From contig OX597828.1 of NCBI GenBank assembly GCA_951406725.2, forward strand, positions 59,582,001 to 59,646,000: a DNA stretch of 64,000 nt, given 5' to 3'. The DNA is from Octopus vulgaris. Taxonomy: Eukaryota. Below, piece after piece: positions 56,496-64,000 of the stretch (the first letter of the stretch is position 1; every line of letters begins with the position of its first letter). Below the pieces are notes generated by a model. That model saw only the letters and a list, made by a program, of their open reading frames with translations. It was not told the origin of the DNA and ran no database searches. The position numbers and the translations under genes were made by a program.

Positions 56496-56588
56496 TTTCT
56501 TTCTCATCTTTGACTCTATATATTACTATTCATTTCTGTCTTGCTTCTTGACTCCCTCTCTGCCTGTCACTGTTAGTCTCTGTCTCTC

Positions 56589-56624
<36 letters not shown>

Positions 56625-57869
56625 ACTGATGTCACATTCTTCACAGATAGTTTTTTTCTTTTATCTCTCTCTCAATCCCGCTTATACTATAAAAATATTC
56701 TGTCACATTTTCCTCAATTTTTTCCTTTCTTCTAGAATTCAGTAGCAATATGACAGTTTTCGATGAATACTGGAATAATGTAGGGCTGCTAGGGATTATG
56801 GCATTACATATGATTTCAGAAGACACATTTTATGGATGCTAGTTGAAATTACGTCCACGACAATTTATAGCCTATTTTACAAGAAAATAAACAGAAAATA
56901 TAGAAAAGAAATAAAATAGAAAACAATTACAAGATAACAAAGGCATGCTCCAGCATGGCCACAGTCAAATGACTGAAAGAAGTAAAAGAGTAGATGAAAT
57001 TTCCATTGACAATGCTAGAGAGAAATAGAATTTGCTACATGCAAGCATATTTTTTCAAAACACACATTACACAAGACATTATAAACAATACAATCCGAAC
57101 ACTAAACAGTATTAATCGTCTTGATTAAAAGAATATATAAGCAAATAAAATAGTACAACACTATGTAGCTCAGAATAGAACTCAAATTAGCCAGTCGGTT
57201 ATACTGGATATGAAGTTTACTTTTATTTCAGAAGATATTGGTATGGAATGTAAGTACGTTTCACTCCTAGTGTACATGTTGAATCCATCATAAATGCATA
57301 ATTTCCGAATATATGGAAGGAAGGAAGACAGCTTTAGAATTGTTAAAACCGAGGTGTGTGATCACAGTGGTTTATTAAGCTAGAAGTTCCTGTTCATAAT
57401 GAAGGACAAATTCACCAAACATTTTCCAAAAATATTTGTCGAGGAAATTCAATCACGTAAATATAGTTTCATTCCTGATTAAGGTATGTAATACAAACAA
57501 CAATTTTACGTATTGTAATTCAGCAAACATAACATCAAGGTGTCTGATGCTGTAATGTCCGCTCTGAAACAGCAAATCAAACGCAGTGAAATTATTCAGT
57601 TCCAGCAACAATAGTGCATATTGAGCACTTAATTGACTTTAAATATAGTAAGTCAATTACCTACCGAAATTATGAAATCGTTTAGTACTGATTGTGTCTC
57701 TGTAGCAAGAAACGCAAGACATCGTCGACGTGTGTTAAACATTCAGGATAAGGATTTCATTTTCGCAAGAGATTCTGTGATTGCGTAATTTTAATCACAA
57801 TATATCTTCATTAAGAACACTTCAGTAGAAAACTTTCAATTCTATTTTCGGCCCGGCATTCTGTTAGTT

Positions 57870-57925
<56 letters not shown>

Positions 57926-58469
57926 TACATATATGCGTGGGATTTTGCGTATAAATATATACATGCACTGTCATACCAATAAGATATATATCTACTTCGC
58001 AATTATCAATTTTTTAACTGTTATACGTTTATAAAATTGATAAACAAAAAATTGTTGAAAATAGTTTGGTATGCATGTAGATATATTTGCTTAAAAACAT
58101 TTACAAGGTTTTCAAATTTAGACGCATTTTAGGACTAACATTTTCCCTCATAAGGCTCTTGGTAGAATCTTAATTTTATGTTTACAATTGACGATAAGTT
58201 CGTTATGTTTGTTTAGAATTCTCTTCCTATCGGCGAAGAGAATTTCGAGGATTTCTTCGGCCAGAGTTTGCAGAAAAACTGACGTTATCGTTATGAGGTT
58301 GTGTTTTAATCAGAATGAGTCAATTGCGTATGGGTTGACAATCGGAGTTTCTCCGAGCTTTTGCTTCCTCCGATGTATGATGTAGTTGCTGAGATATTAC
58401 TAGATAGCCGTTCACCACATTAGTTATTATAATATATTATATTATTATATTATTATAACGTACTCGAAA

Positions 58470-58536
<67 letters not shown>

Positions 58537-58538
<2 letters not shown>

Positions 58539-58740
58539 GGATAGTTCACGAAAAAAACAAAAGATGAAGACAGGTGGTGTAAAAAAACAGATGTATTAGT
58601 ATAACGCTCAGGAATAGAAAAAGTCTTTTACGTTTCGAGCCTACGCTCTTCTACAGAAAGGAACACAGAAAAAACAAGGAGAGAAAAATATGTGTGTAGT
58701 GGCTAACGATCTATCATGGCGACTGCCAGACAGAAGGGTC
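58537..58740 (-). mobile_element. PLE pseudo-LTR fragment with HHR-like motif (58625-58660)
   Basis: cttt-CTGTAGAA-GAGCgtagGCTC-GAAA-CG-TA-aaag; lies between (TA)n and (CA)n. Confidence 0.6.
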
Positions 58741-58746
58741 ACACAT

Positions 58747-58830
<84 letters not shown>

Positions 58831-59937
58831 GATAGTATTATTGATGTATATGACACGATATCTTGTAATCGATAGTAAACTTACCTTCTCATTCTTCTGT
58901 TCATTGATCTACCCAAATTGTATCCTGTTCAATATCCTCTCACTCTCATATTTTATACTTCTTGCGTTGCTTACCGAAATCTGAGAGTATTTACAATAAA
59001 TGTATTTTAATATTTATCGAACAATTGATCATATGTATTATTACATTTCACCAGCGTTATCTATTTATTTGTTTTCTGCCAGTAGATCATAGACTAGTCT
59101 ATTTTATGTAATTGGATATTGTAACAAATTGATAGTAGTAGTATGGGTTTAAAATTTTAATAAGTTTAATACATTTATAGTGGCGCTGAGCTGAAGCACT
59201 AATCGCAAATTTGAAATTCTAGAATTTTATATACTTATATAACGTATTGAATTTTATAACCAACGCTGTAAACATAGACATTGATAAAGGGAATTGGTAA
59301 TCAGAAGAATCATTGGATAATTGAATTCCATTTCAGGTCTGGAACCTATTCCACTTGACATCACCTATAAAATATTTAGGTCTTTTTCCAAGCTGCTATA
59401 TATCATTTTAGCATGTGTTAAATTAATTTTGCAGACATTCTACAGAAAACAAATGCATGTAATTTGCTCATCTGTATCAGCAAACTTTACAGACCCTCAT
59501 TAAACGCCGCATGGTTGCTCTCGTACAGAGTGGTTGATATGCTTAAAACGCATTGAATCATATCGCTGAATATATCAAATTATATTACGTTTGAATATTT
59601 CCATAAAATTTGCAAAGATTATTTTACAAGTTAACTCTTGTTAGAGTAAAACAAAGCTCATTCAGATTCCAAACTAAAAAGATAGTGAAATGTATACAAC
59701 TCAGCAAATCACGCCGCATATACGTTATGACGTATAATTTCACTTTATTACAACCGTTATAATAGTCGCTAAGTTTGAAGTTTGACCATATTTTTATTGA
59801 TTAACTGATAATGCCTAGCTAACATAGATAACAAATGTAAAGATAACGTATGTATGGATGTTTGTGTATGCCTTTGTATGTTCGAATGTATGTATGAACG
59901 CATGTATGCATATATGTACGTATGTATGTATACTTGT

Positions 59938-59999
<62 letters not shown>

Positions 60000-60037
60000 A
60001 TATTAGCGTCGAGGAGTGTTTAAGCATATACAAAAAG

Positions 60038-60464
60038 TAGGTTAGTTAAAATATGTTTGTTATATATTTTAACTGTTAAATGGCAACTACGCTGCAGTTA
60101 CCGTGGACAAAATATCTCTCTCATGGGAAAAGGTGTCAAAACACCTGGTTTGTTTTGCGTCGATTTGTTATATAAACAGAGAGAGATGGGGGAAGAGAGG
60201 GGTGAGAGAGGGAGAGAAAGATAGAGGGGGAGAAAGGCAGAAAAAGAAAGAAAGAGAGAGATAAACTATTGTATATAATGCTTAAATCTCACTCTGTCAA
60301 AGTTTATCTTTCAGGTGCCGAGGCTGGAAGGATTTGTACTAGCCGAAAAATAATTATTGACCACCGATTAAACCCTTCAGTATACACACACACGCACACA
60401 CACATACATGTATGTATGTATGCATGTATGTATGTATGTATGTATGTATGTATGTATATATGTA

Positions 60465-60499
<35 letters not shown>

Positions 60500-60666
60500 A
60501 CGATATGTACATATATTCGAAACATCGATGTCTGGGATGGCGACACTGAACAAACCGGGCGTTTTCACACCTTTTTACCGTAAGAGATATATTTTCTCCA
60601 TGGTAACTGCAGTGTATTTGCCTTTTAGCTGTTAAAGTGTGTCACAAACATATTTTAACTAACCTA
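60038..60666. mobile_element. Diverged ~126-bp inverted repeat pair, probably inverted PLE pseudo-LTRs
   Basis: Arms 60038-60163 / 60541-60666; the right arm is preceded by an HHR 3' half GAAA-CATCGATG-TC (60519-60532). Confidence 0.65.
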
Positions 60667-60738
60667 AACTTTACGTGTATGTGTGTGTATGTCTGTGTGT
60701 GAGTGTGTGTGTATGTCTATGTGTGTCTCCATATATTT

Positions 60739-60801
60739 TAATAACTGATGAGATGCCGGAGCAGACTTCAGCCCCTGCATCCGAAACTCTGCGTTTTATT
60801 A
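60739..60801 (+). ncRNA. Hammerhead ribozyme motif (family of 5283-5345)
   Basis: taataa-CTGATGA-GATGC..GCATC-c-GAAA-CTCtGCG-TT-ttatta. Confidence 0.75.
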
Positions 60802-60832
60802 TTACAACCAACTAATTATGGTCACACACACA

Positions 60833-60908
<76 letters not shown>

Positions 60909-60911
<3 letters not shown>

Positions 60912-61596
60912 GAGGGGAATTCATAATATATATGCTTATTATTGTCACTGCCTTCTGCGCATGTGTCCTTATTGTACTATTGTGGTCATGTGATGAAGTT
61001 TGAGCCTGATCGCGCTATTTTTCTTTCAGGCTTCTGCGGAAAAGCGATGCTAATCTTTTTGGGGGACTCAAAAAGGCCCATCCTGGAAGACTCCCTGTTG
61101 GAGAGGTTTATGATCAACAGTGCGAAATACAGTGGTTTTCTGGCCAACAAACTGAAGGTAGCGATTCGCACGAAACATCGAAGCCTATTATCGAAGAACA
61201 TTTTTTGTTGCTGCATGGCAATGCACACCCACACACGGCCGCCGGGACTGTTGAAACCATTAAGTAATTGGGTTTTTAAGTGCTGAAACTACCTGCCTAG
61301 CACCTAGATATCGATCCTTTCGACTATCATATATTTGAACCGCTCAAATATGGTCTACGAGGTTGTCGGTTTTCTACGGCTGAAGATGTGAAAGAAGAGG
61401 TGCATAAATGATTGCACGACCAACCGAAAACCTTCTTCTTGGAAGGAATACGCAAACGCATGGCTCGCTGGACTAAGTTCATTGAAAAGGAAGGAGACTA
61501 CATGGAAAAATGACGTACTTGTTACTTGTTTATCCCCTGCTTTTGAGTAAATGCATTGAAAAAAGAACAGTGCGGATAATTTTTGACTCACCTTCG
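60909..61596 (+). mobile_element. Internally deleted mariner remnant
   Basis: Transposase C-terminal half (INSAKY..KLKVAIRTK..LLHGNA..HTA..FDYHIFEPLK..LRGCRF..FFLEGIRK..RWTKFIEKEGDYMEK*); TA-ended TIR-like termini. Confidence 0.85.
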
Positions 61597-61631
<35 letters not shown>

Positions 61632-61638
<7 letters not shown>

Positions 61639-64000
61639 TATTAGAGACAAAACCACTATTTTGCAAAACAAACAAGGAAAGACTTAATCAATACATAAAA
61701 TTTTAATAAATAGTCAAAAAAACCGCCACTACAATCGTTTCTTGTCTTGATCGACAATCTTCAGGTGGACTTCCAATCTAAAATATCAATATTTAAAAAA
61801 TAAAAATAATAATTTTAAAATAATTAAAGTATGAATGAAAGAATATAAATATATAATCCATATATAACCTAAATATAATCCATATATAATCAATATATAA
61901 ACAATATATAAACTAAAATAAACCTATCAACAATTAAATATAAAATATAAAATATAAAATATAAAACAAAACAAAAAAATAATAATATTATAATAAACTA
62001 TATATACACCCATACACAAATACCTAATTATAAATAACCACATACACTAAATCACACACCTATATATATATCCCTATACATACACTATAAAAACGTCTAG
62101 GCAACTATAAATAAATAAAATAGCTAAATACTTCAACACAATACTTATTCATACTCCCACACACACACACATACAACCCACATTCACGCTCTAGAAAACG
62201 GACATCACTCAAAATTATGAACGGAGAAATGGAATAAATGGAATTAAAAATTATATTCACTTGGTAAAACGAACACTACTTAAAAATTATGAATGAAACA
62301 ATGCAATAAAACAACAGACATCGCAAATAGACACAAATTACTACGAATTCCTTAACAAACCTACCATGATAAACCAAAACTCATAAAAACATATAATGAT
62401 AAAATCTCCCTTTACTAAACTCTATAACATACCTATATAGCAATCCCCCTAACCTAAACATTCACACACAAATACACACACGTAAACCACACACCCACGA
62501 CATATACAAATACCCACACCACTTACACATACCAATACATACATATAAACCTCAACATATACTCCAAAAACCCACTCAACCCCACACAGACAAATAAACA
62601 CAAAAATTATGAATGGATTCTTTTATAAAACTACCATGATAACCTAAAACTCACAAAACAGAAATGATAAAACCTCCCTTTACTAAACACTATAACATAC
62701 TTATATAGCAATCCCTTTAACCTATACATTCACACACAAATACACACACGTAAACCACACACCCATAACAAATACAAACACCCACCCCACTCACACACAC
62801 CCACAAGTACATATAAGCCTCAACATATACACCAAACAAAATAACTTTACCAAGGAACTTAACATATAAAAAGTATAACCGCTCTGGAAACGAACATCTT
62901 TAAATTAATGAATGGAGAAATGGAATAAATGGAATTAAAAATAATATTCACGTGGCAAAACTAACACCACTCAAAAATTATGAATGAAACAATGTAATAA
63001 AACAACCAACTTATTTAGATAATATATTTTTGGTTATGTTGTCTAGGCTTTAATTATAGTTAGTCTTTATTGATATTTCTTTGTTTTAATTAGTTCAGTT
63101 TTAATGTATATTAATTTAACAGTTTATGGTATGTTAAAACTTTAATAATTTATATTAGATTTTTTTATTTTCTTTATTTATATATTTTTTTTTTAATTTT
63201 TTTTTTTTTTTTAATTTTATTATGTATTTTTATTATGCATTTGTTATATGTATTTTGGAGGATATATTTATATGTTGATGGGTGTTATTTAGTGGTGTTT
63301 TTATTGAGTTTTGTATGTATGTGTGAATGTTTATGATCCCTTTGTTTTTTGTTTTTTATTTGGTATGTGGAATTGACAGATTTTATTTGGGTATTGTCTG
63401 TTATAATAAAGTACACACACCCATAACAAATATAAGTGCCCACTTCATTCGCTGTACCTGGAATTGCATGTGAGCCTCAACATATACACCTAACGGCCAC
63501 TCCCGCCCCATACGGATAAATAAACACATACATCCCCAAAAATGGGCGTAATCCCACTCACACCAATCATATGTATACAATTATACACACTAGAATAATA
63601 CATAACTAACCCAAATATACAGAACATACCAAAAATCACCAACTAACCACCATCACAAATGAAACCCACACCCATACAATGACTAAACTCCCCCCTCCAT
63701 ACCCAATTTACACCCAAATAGCAATCCCAATATATTCATCCATACATGGACGCACGTGCGTGAAGCACATGCACACAATAAATACGTACAACCCCCCAAT
63801 ACACACTCATATACATACGTATCAAGCTCGACATCCACAGCGATACGATTACACCCACTCACACCAAGATGGGTGAATTGCACAATCAGGGAACGCACAC
63901 ACACACGTGTGCGTTTTTTGATTGTGCAACTCGCCCATATGCATGTATGCGGGCGCGATTACATTGTTGCATATATCGAGCCCAAATAGCATGCATATGT
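61632..64000 (-). mobile_element. PLE-associated segment: pseudo-LTR with HHR plus long skewed, internally repeated upstream region
   Basis: 61632-61776 is homologous to 47598-47724. 270-bp-period tandem repeat at ~62318-62835; ~125-bp direct repeat at 62188-62316 / 62881-63006. Extent beyond ~61800 is inferred. Confidence 0.5.
61726..61768 (-). ncRNA. Canonical minimal hammerhead ribozyme
   Basis: ccac-CTGAAGA-TTGTCgatcaaGACAA-GAAA-CGATTG-TA-gtgg; sister of 47673-47715. Confidence 0.85.

Noticed and set aside
60038-60666. DNA-transposon MITE
   Set aside because: No clear TSD or superfamily TIR signature; the HHR half-site next to one arm favours inverted PLE pseudo-LTRs.

Overview
AT-rich, microsatellite-dense animal genomic DNA. 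The SINE repertoire suggests an octopus or other cephalopod (inference). I find no intact host protein-coding gene; most ORFs in the track are translations of (TA)n/(CA)n/(TATC)n repeats or SINEs. Recognisable coding remnants all come from transposons: Penelope-like element (PLE) GIY-YIG endonucleases (4458-5090, 9653-10732), an L1/Tx1-type LINE (30.3-31.9 kb), RTE-type LINE 3' ends, several mariner remnants and a Gypsy-like integrase tail between LTRs. Several tRNA-derived SINE families are present, including modular head/tail chimeras and a TSD-flanked SINE dimer. The main hidden signal is about 17 minimal type-I hammerhead-ribozyme (HHR)-like motifs from roughly 9 sequence families. They sit in short PLE pseudo-LTR segments whose 3' ends almost always run into (TA)n tracts, and many form inverted structures that break within or next to the ribozyme. 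Several carry non-canonical cores: G3:C8 covariation, A6U, or an extra nucleotide before GAAA or after A9. A 35-41 kb block shows an ~875-bp palindrome plus local direct and inverted duplications. All folds were read by eye and need computational and biochemical confirmation.
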